The notes below the pieces were generated by a model that ran no database searches, had not been told where the DNA came from, and was given only the letters and a program-made list of their open reading frames with translations. The translations under genes and the position numbers were made by a program. From an uncultured Bacilli bacterium (GTDB lineage Bacteria > Bacillota_I > Bacilli_A > RF39 > UBA660), in assembly GCA_910586295.1 (NCBI GenBank), contig CAJUGE010000011.1, positions 22,798 through 86,797 on the forward strand: a DNA stretch of 64,000 bases. Direction: 5' to 3'. Of this stretch, positions 31,342 to 42,454 are shown piece by piece; position 1 is the first letter of the stretch, and each line of letters opens with the position of its first letter.

Positions 31342-32237
31342 AAGCGATAAGAATATTATTTAACAATATAGGAGATGCATTCAAAAGTGTATTTAGAAAC
31401 TTTTCACTAAGCTTATCTAGTATTTCATGTATAACAATAACATTAATACTTGTAGCAGTTTCTATAATATTATCTGAAAATGTCAATAAATTTACAGATG
31501 ATATAGAAAAAGATGTTACCATAGTTGTCTACATAGAAAAAGGAACAAGTGAAAATGATATTGAAGCAATGCAAGCAGAAATAGAGAAACTTTCAAACAT
31601 TGATAGCATAACATTTATGTCTAAAGAAGAGATAAGAAAAGACATGGCAAATGATTCAGAAGGTATAGGAAACATTCTAGGAGAATATGACGAAGAAACA
31701 AATCCTTTACTAGATGAATATTTAGTAAAAGTTATAGACACAGAAAAAATAGGAACAACTGCATCAGAAATAAAAGAAATGGAAAATGTAAATACAATTA
31801 AATATGGTGAAGGAATGGTAGAAGAATTAGTCAAAATATTTGATGTTGTAAAGAAAATAACAGTAATAATAGTGATTGGCCTAATTGTAGTAACTGCATT
31901 TCTAATAAGTAATACAATAAAAATAACTATAAATAACAGAAAAAGGCAAATAGAAATAATGCGTTTAGTTGGAGCTTCTAACTCTTATATAAAATTACCG
32001 TTCTTCTTTGAAGGAGTAATACTAGGATTTTTAGGAAGTATAATACCTATATTCTTAGCGTGTTATGGCTATATATTCTTATATCAAAAATTAAATGGTA
32101 TACTATTTACAGAAGTTATAACTCTAGTAAATCCAGATAATATCTTATACCATCTATCAGTAATTTTAATACTAATAGGAGTAATAGTAGGTGCATTTGG
32201 TTCGTACTTGTCAGTAAGGAGGCATTTAAAGATATAA
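31338..32237 (+). CDS. ftsX: Cell division permease-like protein FtsX
   Basis: Four TM helices with a large extracellular loop; 4-nt overlap with ftsE. Confidence 0.85.
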   Translation: MKAIRILFNNIGDAFKSVFRNFSLSLSSISCITITLILVAVSIILSENVNKFTDDIEKDVTIVVYIEKGTSENDIEAMQAEIEKLSNIDSITFMSKEEIRKDMANDSEGIGNILGEYDEETNPLLDEYLVKVIDTEKIGTTASEIKEMENVNTIKYGEGMVEELVKIFDVVKKITVIIVIGLIVVTAFLISNTIKITINNRKRQIEIMRLVGASNSYIKLPFFFEGVILGFLGSIIPIFLACYGYIFLYQKLNGILFTEVITLVNPDNILYHLSVILILIGVIVGAFGSYLSVRRHLKI

Positions 32238-33418
32238 TGGTAAGACATAATAAAAAAATTCTTTTAATATGTTTACTAGCCTTTCTAATAATTCCAATAA
32301 ATATTAAGGCAGACCGTGTAACATTTGGTGACGTATTAGACGAACTGGCAGAATTAGAAAGACAAAAAGCAGAAAAAGATAATGAAATTCAAATATCACA
32401 ACAAGAATATGATAGATTATCAAACGAAATATATCAAATTCAAATAGAAATAGAAAATTTAAGTAAAGAAATTCAACAAGCAAATGAAGAAATTGATAAA
32501 TTAGGAAAAGAAATAGAAGCTAAAAAAGTAGAAACTGATAACATTCTAGTTTTTCTACAATTATCTAATGGAGAAAAATCTTATTTAGAATATGTATTTA
32601 AAGCAAAAAGTTTTACAGATTTTATTCATCGTGTATCAGTTGTTGAACAATTAAGTAAATATAACAAAGAGCAAATTAATTTAATGAACGACTTAATAAT
32701 TCAAAATAACAAATTAAAAGAGAAAAATGCAGAGACAATAAAAAAGCAAGAAGTAAAAAGAGAAGAAAGCAGAATAAAAATGGCCGAGTTAGGTTCTAAA
32801 ATAAATGAAATGATAAAAGATGAAGCACCTATTAATGACCAAATCGAAGCATTAGAAGAAGAAATACAAAGAATGAGAGACAGTGGATGTAAAGAAAGAA
32901 CAGATAAATTATCAGTTTGTTACCCACTAATAACTGCGACAGGCTTTTTAAGACCGCTAAAGACTGGAACTGTATCTAGTGAATATTCATGGAGAATATT
33001 AAATGGAAAGGTAGACTCTCATAGTGGTATAGATTTAGCTGTCCCAGAATGGACGCCAGTATACCCTGTCGCCGCAGGAAGAGTTGAAGCAAGATTTAAA
33101 ACTGGATGTGGTGGACAGATGATATATGTCTATCACAATATAAAAGGAGAACAATATACATCGGTATATATGCACTTAGTAGCATTTGGAGATTTTAAAT
33201 CAGGAGACATTGTAACAGCAGAAGATGTAATTGGATACACTGGAGGAAGTTCAACTGCCACTTACAATGGTGGATATGATGACTGTACTTTCGGAGCACA
33301 TTTACACTTAACACTTGCTACTGGACATACTACATCTCACAGACTAACAATGTTTAACCCAAGAGAAAAAATAAACTTTCCACCTATGTGGCAATATTGG
33401 TACTCAAGAACTTGGTAA
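32237..33418 (+). CDS. Coiled-coil M23 peptidase (EnvC/PcsB-like FtsEX-associated murein hydrolase or activator)
   Basis: Signal peptide; long coiled-coil region; C-terminal M23 motifs HSGIDLAV and GAHLHLTL. Confidence 0.75.
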   Translation: MVRHNKKILLICLLAFLIIPINIKADRVTFGDVLDELAELERQKAEKDNEIQISQQEYDRLSNEIYQIQIEIENLSKEIQQANEEIDKLGKEIEAKKVETDNILVFLQLSNGEKSYLEYVFKAKSFTDFIHRVSVVEQLSKYNKEQINLMNDLIIQNNKLKEKNAETIKKQEVKREESRIKMAELGSKINEMIKDEAPINDQIEALEEEIQRMRDSGCKERTDKLSVCYPLITATGFLRPLKTGTVSSEYSWRILNGKVDSHSGIDLAVPEWTPVYPVAAGRVEARFKTGCGGQMIYVYHNIKGEQYTSVYMHLVAFGDFKSGDIVTAEDVIGYTGGSSTATYNGGYDDCTFGAHLHLTLATGHTTSHRLTMFNPREKINFPPMWQYWYSRTW

Positions 33419-33427
33419 GGTGATAAC

Positions 33428-34351
33428 ATGTCTTTTACAACTAACATAAAAAATGAAATAATAAACATAAACTATCATGAATCCGAATTAATAGCAGAAC
33501 TATCTGCAATAGTAAATATAAGTGCAGAAATTAAAAGAGATATATTCCACATATATATTGAAAATATAGGAGTTTCAAGAAGAATATACAAAATTCTAAA
33601 AGACTTATTTCAAGCGAGAATTACATTAGAAAAAGAAAAAGTAAATAGACTAAATAAAAATTACTTAATACATATAACAGTAAAAGATGAAAATAAAAAA
33701 ATACTAAAATCTTTAGGAATAATAAGTGAAGAAGGGAAAAGACTTCATTTTCCAAGAAATTACATATGTGACTCTTTAGAAGAAAAAAAATCATATCTTA
33801 GAGGAGCATTCTTAATATGTGGAAGTGTAAACGATCCTAGTACTAGCAGATATCATCTAGAATTTATAATAGAAAATAAAAAAACAGCAGAGTACATATG
33901 CAATCTACTAAATGAATTAAACTATAACTCAAAAGTATTAAAAAGAGAAAAAAATTATATGGTCTACATAAAAGAATCAGAAAGAATAAGTGACTTTATA
34001 AAGTTATTAAATGCTTATAATGCCCTATTCTACTATGAAGATATAAGAATATATAGAGACCACAAAAATATGACAAATAGGCTAAACAATTGTGAACAAG
34101 CTAATATTGATAAAATAGTTTTCTCATCAAATGAGCAACTTGAGAATATAAAAAAACTTAAAAGCATAAAAGACTTTGATTTATTAGATGATAAAATAAA
34201 AGAAATATGTATTTATAAAGAAAAATACCCAGAAAGTTCTATGCAAGAATTAGCAAATATAATAAGTATAGAAACTAATACAAAAATAACAAAAAGTGGT
34301 ATTAACCATAGGTTTAGAAAAATAAAAGAAATAGTATCAAAGTCAGAATAA
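33428..34351 (+). CDS. whiA: DNA-binding sporulation/cell-division regulator WhiA
   Basis: N-terminus MSFTTNIKNEI; tandem LAGLIDADG-like halves; C-terminal HTH. Confidence 0.75.
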   Translation: MSFTTNIKNEIININYHESELIAELSAIVNISAEIKRDIFHIYIENIGVSRRIYKILKDLFQARITLEKEKVNRLNKNYLIHITVKDENKKILKSLGIISEEGKRLHFPRNYICDSLEEKKSYLRGAFLICGSVNDPSTSRYHLEFIIENKKTAEYICNLLNELNYNSKVLKREKNYMVYIKESERISDFIKLLNAYNALFYYEDIRIYRDHKNMTNRLNNCEQANIDKIVFSSNEQLENIKKLKSIKDFDLLDDKIKEICIYKEKYPESSMQELANIISIETNTKITKSGINHRFRKIKEIVSKSE

Positions 34352-34380
34352 TATAAAATAATGAAAGAGGGAAAAATAAT

Positions 34381-34934
34381 ATGAAAAGTAACTATTTATT
34401 ATTACATGGAAGTTTTGGAAGTCCATTTGTTAACTGGTTTCATATTTGAGGAAAAAAATAGAAGAAAAAGGATTAGAAGTGTACTCTCCTGATTTTCCTA
34501 CAGGTGTTGGATATCAAACCTATGATAACTGGTCTAAACTTTTAAAAAGCTATGTAGAAGCAAATATCATTAATAACAACACAATTATATTTGCTCATTC
34601 CATAGCATCTATCTTTATTTGTAAATTTTTAGTGGAGAATAGAATAAGAGTAAAAAGATTAGTTCTTGTTTGTGGATTTAATAATTATTTTGGTATTGAT
34701 GAAGATTATGATACAGTTAATAAAAGTATGTATTTTGATAATCTTTTAGATATCGAAAACTATTGTGATGACATCATTTGTTTCTATTCTGATAATGATC
34801 CATATGTTAAATATGAAGCAGAAAAAGAATTTGCTAATACTATAACTAAAAATCAAATCATGATTCATAACGGAGGACATTTAAATTCTGAAAGTGGCTA
34901 TACAGAATTTGCGGATTTATTAAATTATTTATAG
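34381..34934 (+). pseudogene. YdeN/RBBP9-like alpha/beta serine hydrolase, frameshifted in a T3 run (34445-34447)
   Basis: MKSNYLLLHGSFGSPFVNWFHI* then the +2 frame continues LRKKIEEKGLEVYSPDFP...; one extra T restores a single 183-aa ORF. Confidence 0.6.
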
Positions 34935-35225
34935 TGCAATATTTATGAAACAGGTATTTAAAATCATAAGAATTTAGAAAATGAATTTATTAATTTTAAA
35001 GAGATATTGAAAGTTAATAAATAGCTTTTAAACTCTCTTTTCTTTTATATATAAACTTTCAAAGATTAGTTTAAATTATATATTTAGATTAAATGTGTAT
35101 ATTTAAGATATTTAATCTTACATAAAATAACCCTCACATAAGTATAAAAATATTAAGAATATGAAATATAATTTTAAGTGAAATAACTCATAAAAAAATA
35201 AAAACCACAAAAATGTACAAAATTA

Positions 35226-35254
35226 TTTACAAATATTTGCAGAAGTGTTATAAT
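35226..35254 (+). promoter_or_regulatory. Sigma-A-type promoter TTTACA-17-TATAAT
   Basis: Consensus-like hexamers with 17-bp spacer, 25 bp upstream of the start codon at 35280. Confidence 0.5.
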
Positions 35255-35279
35255 ATCAACTATTATTTAAGGGGGAATT

Positions 35280-36287
35280 ATGAAAAAAGAAGAATTAAAT
35301 GCACTAATTAGCATAAGCGAATCCATAACGGAAACATATAGAAGTATGGCTGAATTAGAGAAATCAAACAAAAAAGAAAGTGAAGAATATAAGTCACTAA
35401 TAAACTGCTTAAAATCAACAAAAGGCTTAGAAGAAAATATGTTATCAAATATTGATTTAAACAAAGAAACTATGGAATTTATAGAAAAAGAATTAAAATC
35501 TTTAGGTTATGTTGATCAAAATAACACTGCCAATACAATAATTCAAAACACTCAACATAAAGAAAATAATCTTCATCTTACAAGAATATTATTAAGATTA
35601 AAAAATAAAATGGCAAGAAATGCAAAATTGACACTCAGAAGTGAACTTTCTAAATTATTACCTGAAGAAGTTTTAGATAGTGAAAATTTTCTTGATGAAG
35701 AATCTATAAATAGTTATATTGGGCTAGTTGAAATAAGCACATCTTTTAGAAGAGATATTTCATTATTACTTTACAAACTACTAGAAGATGAGATTATAAA
35801 AGAAGGAAATATAGCTCTTAGCAACATTTTAATTGACTATAAATATTCACTAATAATATTAGATAGCAATTTAGAAAGAATTCTTATTAATTCAAAATTT
35901 GAAAGATTAGAACATCCATTTCTTGAATCAGAATTAATAGGTTCACTATTAAAAGTGCCAGAATGTTATTATAAACATCAAAAGTATGCTATTGCAAAAA
36001 TGATAAGTGAAAGAGAAATAGTAGCGCTACTTAAAACATATAGCCATGAATATGAATTTCCACCACAAAAAGGTGCAATTGTATTTAGAAACTTAATTCT
36101 AAGAAGCAGTATTCAATTATTAACACAAGAACAATTAACAAAAATGTTTAGAGAAACTATGGATGTTCTTAATAGTAAAGATTATGTCGAAAATTACTAT
36201 TCAAATAATAACATTGAGATAATAAAAAAATGTTTTGACTCATTTCAAAATCTAGAAGGTGTAAATCGCCTAACATTAAAAGGATAG
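35280..36287 (+). CDS. Hypothetical all-helical protein (335 aa)
   Basis: ORF with own promoter and GGGGGAATTATG RBS; no domain recognised. Confidence 0.55.
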   Translation: MKKEELNALISISESITETYRSMAELEKSNKKESEEYKSLINCLKSTKGLEENMLSNIDLNKETMEFIEKELKSLGYVDQNNTANTIIQNTQHKENNLHLTRILLRLKNKMARNAKLTLRSELSKLLPEEVLDSENFLDEESINSYIGLVEISTSFRRDISLLLYKLLEDEIIKEGNIALSNILIDYKYSLIILDSNLERILINSKFERLEHPFLESELIGSLLKVPECYYKHQKYAIAKMISEREIVALLKTYSHEYEFPPQKGAIVFRNLILRSSIQLLTQEQLTKMFRETMDVLNSKDYVENYYSNNNIEIIKKCFDSFQNLEGVNRLTLKG

Positions 36288-36288
36288 C

Positions 36289-36882
36289 CTAATCAAGGTT
36301 ATCCTTTTCTAATATCTTGTCAACAATTCCATATTCTAAAGCTTCACTAGCATCCATAAAATGGTCTCTCTCTGTATCTCTCTCAATCTTATTTAACTTT
36401 TGACCAGTATTATTTGCAAGTTCCATATTTAATTTTTTCTTTAACTTAATAATTCTTTCAGCTGCAATTTGAATTTCAGTAGCTTGCCCTTGAGCACCAC
36501 CCAAAGGTTGATGTATCATAACTTCTCCATTAGGAAGACACATCCTCTTCCCCTTGGCACCACTTGAGAGAAGAAAAGCAGCCATACTAGCGCACATTCC
36601 AACACATATAGTACAAACATCAGCTTTAATAAAATTCATGGTATCATAAATAGCCATACCTGCAGTAACACTACCACCAGGACTATTAATATAAAGATAA
36701 ATATCATCATCACTCTGACTATTTAAAAATAACAACTCCCCTACTACAACATTAGAAACCTCGTCTGTAATCTCTCCACTTAAAAATATTATCCTATCCT
36801 TTAGTAACCTACTGTATAAATCATATACTTTCTCATAACCCTTTTCTTTTTCAACTATAGTTGGTATAATCACTAAAATCAC
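36289..36882 (-). CDS. clpP: ATP-dependent Clp protease proteolytic subunit
   Basis: [19 protein letters not shown] and catalytic-Ser region [11 protein letters not shown]; 197 aa. Confidence 0.95.
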   Translation of the reverse strand: MILVIIPTIVEKEKGYEKVYDLYSRLLKDRIIFLSGEITDEVSNVVVGELLFLNSQSDDDIYLYINSPGGSVTAGMAIYDTMNFIKADVCTICVGMCASMAAFLLSSGAKGKRMCLPNGEVMIHQPLGGAQGQATEIQIAAERIIKLKKKLNMELANNTGQKLNKIERDTERDHFMDASEALEYGIVDKILEKDNLD

Positions 36883-36988
36883 CCTATTATATATTTAGTA
36901 AAAAAATAAGTTTTTATACAACAAAATGAAAATTTATTGAAAAAATTTTAAATAATATGATAAAATTATATAGATAGGAGTGATTTAT

Positions 36989-37504
36989 ATGAGTAAATTT
37001 TGTACTAACTGCGGTAACGAAATATCAGAAGGTGGAGATATTTGCTTAAAATGTGGAAAAATGCTAAATGGTGGAAAAAACAATAACAACAATAACACTA
37101 CAAATGTTATGGGAATTGTATCATTTGTACTTTCAATAATAGGATTCATAACATCATTTATAGTAATAGGTGTAGTATTTGGAATAATAGGATTTATACT
37201 TTCTATAGTAGCATTAGTCTCATCAAAGAAAAATAATACAGGGAAAGGCTTTGCGATTGCTGGGTTAATAATCAGTATAATAGCAATAATAATAAGTGTT
37301 ATCTATATAATTATAATAGGATTAATTATATCAGATAATTCTACTGCAATAAAAGGTGAAATTGATAAAGGCATATGTGGTTCTTACGGCTCTAACTATT
37401 CATTAACAAATGGAAGTAATGTATCTGGTTCATATGAATACGACGAATGGTTTTGTTGTCCAAGTGGAAAAACAAAAAACACAAGAAATTGTATAGAATT
37501 TTAA
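36989..37504 (+). CDS. Zinc-ribbon + DUF4190-like membrane protein
   Basis: CTNCGNEI...CLKCG zinc ribbon; poly-Asn linker; two TM segments; Cys-rich C-terminus. Confidence 0.55.
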   Translation: MSKFCTNCGNEISEGGDICLKCGKMLNGGKNNNNNNTTNVMGIVSFVLSIIGFITSFIVIGVVFGIIGFILSIVALVSSKKNNTGKGFAIAGLIISIIAIIISVIYIIIIGLIISDNSTAIKGEIDKGICGSYGSNYSLTNGSNVSGSYEYDEWFCCPSGKTKNTRNCIEF

Positions 37505-37635
37505 GTTATTAGCATAGTTATGCTAATTTTTCATTTTATTTAACATTTTGAATTGTAACATACAAACACTTTTTTACAAAAAAACATAAAAGTATGATAA
37601 AATATAAAAAGAGAATAATACTAGGAGGAAAAAGA

Positions 37636-39285
37636 ATGAAAGAAAGCATAATCGTAGATATAACTAATCAAGGAAAAGTAATATTTAAAAGTGGAGGAAC
37701 AATAGAAGAATTAATTCAAAAAATAGATGGACCATCTACTATAATCGCTGCACTTATAGACAACGAAGTACAAGAGTTATCATATAGAATAAAGGATGAT
37801 ACAAACTTAACATTCATACACATAAATGAAAGAATGGGAGCAAAGATATATAGAAGTGGTCTTAAATTTTTATACATTGCAGCAATAAAAGAACTTTATG
37901 GAACTAATACTAATGTAGAATTGAAGCATTCACTAGATAAAGGTATTTACACTAAAATAGACAAAGAAATAGCAGAAAAAGATGTCGAAGATATTAAAGC
38001 AAAAATGAAAGAACTATCTAATAGAAACCTAAAAATTGAAAGACTTACGACAAATAGAAAAGAGGCAATTAAATACTTTAATGGAACAAAAGAACAGGAA
38101 AAAGTAGATCTATATAAACAAATGACTAGAGATGTTGTAACACTATATTCTTTATTAGATTATTATGAATATTTTTACAGTAAAATGCCTATAAACACAG
38201 GCATACTAAATAACTTTGATTTAACTCTTACAAAAGATGGAGGAATAATATTACAATACCCTAACCCACATGATGGAATAATTCCACCATACACTCACAT
38301 GGAAGACGTATTAAATGTATTTAAGTCTTATGGAAACTGGTCAACTAGACTAGGAGTAAACTATGTATCAGAAGTAAATAATGTTGTAATAAATGGGAAA
38401 ATTAAAGAATTTATTCAACTTAATGAAATAAGACAAAACGAAGATTTACAGACAATAGCCTATGAAATAAAAACTAAAATAAATGATTTAAAATTAATAC
38501 TAATTGCAGGACCTTCTAGTTCGGGCAAAACTACAACTTCAAAAAAGATATCATTATATTTAAAAAGTCTTGGAATAAACCCATTTGTAATTTCAACTGA
38601 TGATTACTTTAAAAATCGTGCAGAAACTCCAAAAAACGAAAAAGGAGAATACGAGTATGATATATTAGAAGCAATAGATGTTGACATGTTTAATACGCAT
38701 TTAACAAAGTTATTAAATGGAGAAGAAATAGTAATACCTACATATAACTTTCTAACAGGAGAAAAAGAATTTAAAAACCCTCCTATAACATTAAAAAACA
38801 GAGACATAATAATAATCGAGGGAATACATACATTAAATGAAGAATTAACAAAATCAATAGATAGAAAAAACAAATATAAAATATATATAAGTCCATTCAC
38901 ACCATTAGGTTTAGACAGACACAACCACATATCTACAGTTGATTTAAGACTTATAAGAAGACTAGTAAGAGACTATAGAACCAGAGGATATTCTGCAGAA
39001 GCAACACTTGCTGGTTGGCAAAATGTAAGAGTCTCAGAAGAAAAATACATATTCCCTTATCAAAAAGAAGCAGACAAAGTTTTAGATACAGCACTTATTT
39101 ACGAACTTGGAATATTAAAAACTTATGCAATCCCAATTTTATATTCAGTAAATTACAAAAGTAAATATTATTCAGAGGCATTAAGAATAATAAACTTCCT
39201 AGAATATTTCTTAAACATACCAGTAGACACACTACCTAACACAGCATTATTAAGAGAATTTGTAGGAAATGGATATTTTGAATAA
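37636..39285 (+). CDS. Long-form uridine kinase / phosphoribulokinase-family nucleoside kinase with N-terminal TGS-like domain
   Basis: Walker A LILIAGPSSSGKTTTSKK followed by the Asp-rich ISTDDYF block; TAGGAGGA RBS before 37636. Confidence 0.6.
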   Translation: MKESIIVDITNQGKVIFKSGGTIEELIQKIDGPSTIIAALIDNEVQELSYRIKDDTNLTFIHINERMGAKIYRSGLKFLYIAAIKELYGTNTNVELKHSLDKGIYTKIDKEIAEKDVEDIKAKMKELSNRNLKIERLTTNRKEAIKYFNGTKEQEKVDLYKQMTRDVVTLYSLLDYYEYFYSKMPINTGILNNFDLTLTKDGGIILQYPNPHDGIIPPYTHMEDVLNVFKSYGNWSTRLGVNYVSEVNNVVINGKIKEFIQLNEIRQNEDLQTIAYEIKTKINDLKLILIAGPSSSGKTTTSKKISLYLKSLGINPFVISTDDYFKNRAETPKNEKGEYEYDILEAIDVDMFNTHLTKLLNGEEIVIPTYNFLTGEKEFKNPPITLKNRDIIIIEGIHTLNEELTKSIDRKNKYKIYISPFTPLGLDRHNHISTVDLRLIRRLVRDYRTRGYSAEATLAGWQNVRVSEEKYIFPYQKEADKVLDTALIYELGILKTYAIPILYSVNYKSKYYSEALRIINFLEYFLNIPVDTLPNTALLREFVGNGYFE

Positions 39286-39294
39286 AGGAGAGTT

Positions 39295-39762
39295 ATGTAT
39301 AAGGATTATATAAAATTTTTAATAGAAGCAAAACAACAAACATATGCAAATGAAAACATTGAAAAAGTAGAATCTTCAAGAAAAGGTTCAAAAGATTATG
39401 AATATACTAATGGAACATTTACTTATCACGATACATACTTTGGAGGAATAAAATTTATAGGGGAAGAAGTTATATATAGTGATTCTAAAATTCCTATTTG
39501 GGCAATGAATTATTATGGAGTAACCCTAGATGAAAACTTATCAGAAGAAACAATGGATATGGCATTAAGACCTGCTTTAATGAAAGTGGGAGAAGATGAA
39601 AAAGTTCTTCCAGTAAGAGGACCTAGTGAATTTATAAATGGAGAATATATCTATAAGTTTACATCAAATGGGAATATAGAAGATTTTGAAGGTATCGAAG
39701 AAATATATAAAAGCAAGAAATTAATATATAGATTAAAATGTCATGGAGGAATAATAAAATGA
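39295..39762 (+). CDS. Hypothetical protein (155 aa); resembles a domain-of-unknown-function family seen in Firmicutes
   Basis: Conserved-looking blocks FTYHDTYFGG / WAMNYYG; identification by recall only. Confidence 0.35.
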   Translation: MYKDYIKFLIEAKQQTYANENIEKVESSRKGSKDYEYTNGTFTYHDTYFGGIKFIGEEVIYSDSKIPIWAMNYYGVTLDENLSEETMDMALRPALMKVGEDEKVLPVRGPSEFINGEYIYKFTSNGNIEDFEGIEEIYKSKKLIYRLKCHGGIIK

Positions 39763-40769
39763 TTAAAGTAGCAATAAATGGTTTTGGAAGAATAGGAAGA
39801 TGTGCATTAAGACAAATAAGCGAAAGAGAGGACATGGAAGTAGTCGCAATAAATGATTTAACAGACTCTCTTACCCTAGCTTATTTATATAAATATGACT
39901 CAGTTCATAGAACTTTAGATTCAAAAGTTGGATACGAAGATGATAAAATAGTAGTAAATGGAAAAGAAATAAAAATATATTCAGAAAGTGATCCTAATAA
40001 TTTACCATGGCAAGAACTAGGAATAGATGTAGTTCTTGAATGTACAGGAGTATTTACAAGTAAAGAAAAAGCTAAAGCTCATATAAAAGCAGGAGCAAAA
40101 AAAGTTATCATAAGTGCACCAGCAAAAGATGATGCTAAAACTATAGTATTTGGTGTAAATGAAGAATTACTTTCAAATAAAGATAAAGTTATAAGCACTG
40201 CCTCTTGCACAACAAACTGCTTAGCACCAGTACTTGACATACTCCATAAAAACTATAAAGTAATAAGTGGCTTTATGACAACAGTACACGCTATTACTAA
40301 TGACCAAGAAACTTTAGATATTCCACACAAAAAAGGTATAGAATCTAGACGCGGACGAGCAGCAAGTCTAAACATAATTCCTACCTCTACAGGAGCAGCA
40401 TCACAAATTGGAAAAGTTATACCAGAACTAGATGGAAAACTAGACGGAATTGCTTATAGAGTTCCAGTTGGAGACGGAAGTATTGTTGATCTTACAGTTT
40501 TGGTAGAAGAAAGTACAACAGTAGACAAAGTAAATAGACTTATAAAATCTAATCAAAGCGACGTCCTAAAAATAGTAAATGTACCTCTAGTAAGTAGTGA
40601 TGTTATTGGAACAGAAACAGGAGCAATAGTAGATTCACTATTAACTAAAGTAATAAAACAAGATAAAAAAACATTAATTAAAATCGCAGCCTGGTATGAT
40701 AACGAATGGGGATACACTGCTCAAATGATAAGAACACTAGCACATTGGTGTAAAAAAAATAATCAGTAA
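39759..40769 (+). CDS. gap: Glyceraldehyde-3-phosphate dehydrogenase
   Basis: MIKVAINGFGRIGR NAD-binding N-terminus and active site ASCTTNCLAP; GGAGGA RBS. Confidence 0.95.
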   Translation: MIKVAINGFGRIGRCALRQISEREDMEVVAINDLTDSLTLAYLYKYDSVHRTLDSKVGYEDDKIVVNGKEIKIYSESDPNNLPWQELGIDVVLECTGVFTSKEKAKAHIKAGAKKVIISAPAKDDAKTIVFGVNEELLSNKDKVISTASCTTNCLAPVLDILHKNYKVISGFMTTVHAITNDQETLDIPHKKGIESRRGRAASLNIIPTSTGAASQIGKVIPELDGKLDGIAYRVPVGDGSIVDLTVLVEESTTVDKVNRLIKSNQSDVLKIVNVPLVSSDVIGTETGAIVDSLLTKVIKQDKKTLIKIAAWYDNEWGYTAQMIRTLAHWCKKNNQ

Positions 40770-40779
40770 ATACTACTGA

Positions 40780-42081
40780 CTATTTTTTTATTAAGAAAGC
40801 TGCATATAAAGGTATACTATATATATTGTTATCAAATCCGAAGTTTTTCATAGATAACCGTATAGAATATTTAGGGTTATATTTATTAATATATTCATTC
40901 AAACTTTTAGACTTTGTATTAATAGAAGACTTTACTTCAACTGGTATAATACCACCTTCTCTTTGTAATATAAAGTCAATCTCTGCCTCGTATTTACTTC
41001 TCCAAAAATATATACTAAAACCATTAGTAGTAAAAGTATTAGCAATATAATTCTCAGTAATCGCACCCTTAAATAAGAAATTACCATCTAACATAATATC
41101 AGAAAAATTAACATTAGCCAAATAATTAAGAAGACCAACATCACTTAAATATATTTTAAAATTGTCTTCTTCTTCATATATAGATAAAGGCATCTCTGGG
41201 ACCTTAATCTTCTTACATTTAACTATCATATTACTTGCTAACAACCAATCTAAAGGTAATTCATATTGTCTTTTATTAGAGTTTTTAGATACATTAGAAT
41301 ATTTAAACTTTTTATTATCATTTCCAAGTTGTTTAGGTATACTCTCATATATAGATTGTATCTTAATGCTCTCTTCAGCACTAATAACATACTTTCTCAT
41401 ATCTGCAATATAAGCAGTAATAATATTGCTATGTATGTCTCTATTAAAAGACATCAAATTTTGTTCTTTGTTAATGTAATCCTCTACAGCCTGTGGCATA
41501 CCACCTATACACAAATAAGATTTATAAATATCGAGGCACTTATTATGAAGACTATCTAACATTTTACTAGAATTACTAAAACACAAAGAAATTTCTTCTA
41601 ACAATTTTTCATTACCAGTAGCAAGCATAAATTCCTCAAAATCCATAGGATACAAATACTTAATAATGACTTTGCCTACAGGAAAAGAAGAATTAAATCT
41701 TCTTAACTTTACACCAAGTAAAGAACCAGCACATACAATATGATACTTTTCTTCCTCGCAAAAATATTTAAGTGCCATAATCGCACGTTCACTAACTTGT
41801 ATTTCATCAAAAAATATAACAGTATTCTGAACATCTATATTAATATTCTTACTTATTTCTATATGTTTAATTACATCAACAGGATTAACAGTCTCCTCAA
41901 AAATACTAGTTATACCTTCTTCTTTTTCTAAATTAATATAAACATAACTGTTAAACTCTTTTCTACAAAATTCATCTAGTATGTATGTTTTCCCAGTTTG
42001 TCTAGCACCAACAACCATTAAAGGAATAAAGGAACTATTATTATTCCAATCTTCTAAAACTCTACTAAACTTCCTATACAT
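40780..42081 (-). CDS. AAA+ ATPase (AAA_14 + DUF4143 family)
   Basis: Walker A GARQTGKT and Walker B IFFDEIQ; C-terminal DUF4143-like region. Confidence 0.75.
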   Translation of the reverse strand: MYRKFSRVLEDWNNNSSFIPLMVVGARQTGKTYILDEFCRKEFNSYVYINLEKEEGITSIFEETVNPVDVIKHIEISKNINIDVQNTVIFFDEIQVSERAIMALKYFCEEEKYHIVCAGSLLGVKLRRFNSSFPVGKVIIKYLYPMDFEEFMLATGNEKLLEEISLCFSNSSKMLDSLHNKCLDIYKSYLCIGGMPQAVEDYINKEQNLMSFNRDIHSNIITAYIADMRKYVISAEESIKIQSIYESIPKQLGNDNKKFKYSNVSKNSNKRQYELPLDWLLASNMIVKCKKIKVPEMPLSIYEEEDNFKIYLSDVGLLNYLANVNFSDIMLDGNFLFKGAITENYIANTFTTNGFSIYFWRSKYEAEIDFILQREGGIIPVEVKSSINTKSKSLNEYINKYNPKYSIRLSMKNFGFDNNIYSIPLYAAFLIKK

Positions 42082-42454
42082 ACTGTATCACCTATCACAA
42101 TTTTAACAAAAAAATTATTACATGTCAAGAAAATGCATTATATTGCATATTTTTCACACATAAAAATGTTATATATTACATATTTTTAGGAGATAAAATC
42201 GTTTTATAGTATTTAAGATAATATCTTACGCCAAAAAGTAACTCCAATTAGTTGAGAGGCTTTCATAACTATCTTTTCCTAAAGATAGTATTTTAGCAAT
42301 AAAAGTAAGAAATATTAAAATTAAATAATTATCTCTTAGAGGATTTAAGGATAAGAAAAGTAAAGTAAGAATAGAAAATGTAAAAAAATATAAAGAAGAA
42401 TAAAAAATAAATAACAATAAAAATAGAGAATCTCATTAATTCTCTAATTTAACC

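Noticed and set aside
41162-41931. Plus-strand ORFs inside the AAA ATPase gene
   Set aside because: Antisense to a well-supported CDS; low-complexity translations.
42082-42240. Imperfect 19-bp direct repeat (attatattgcatattttt / ttatatattacatattttt) upstream of the AAA ATPase gene
   Set aside because: Could be a regulatory site, but in this AT-rich context such similarity is easily due to chance; not called.
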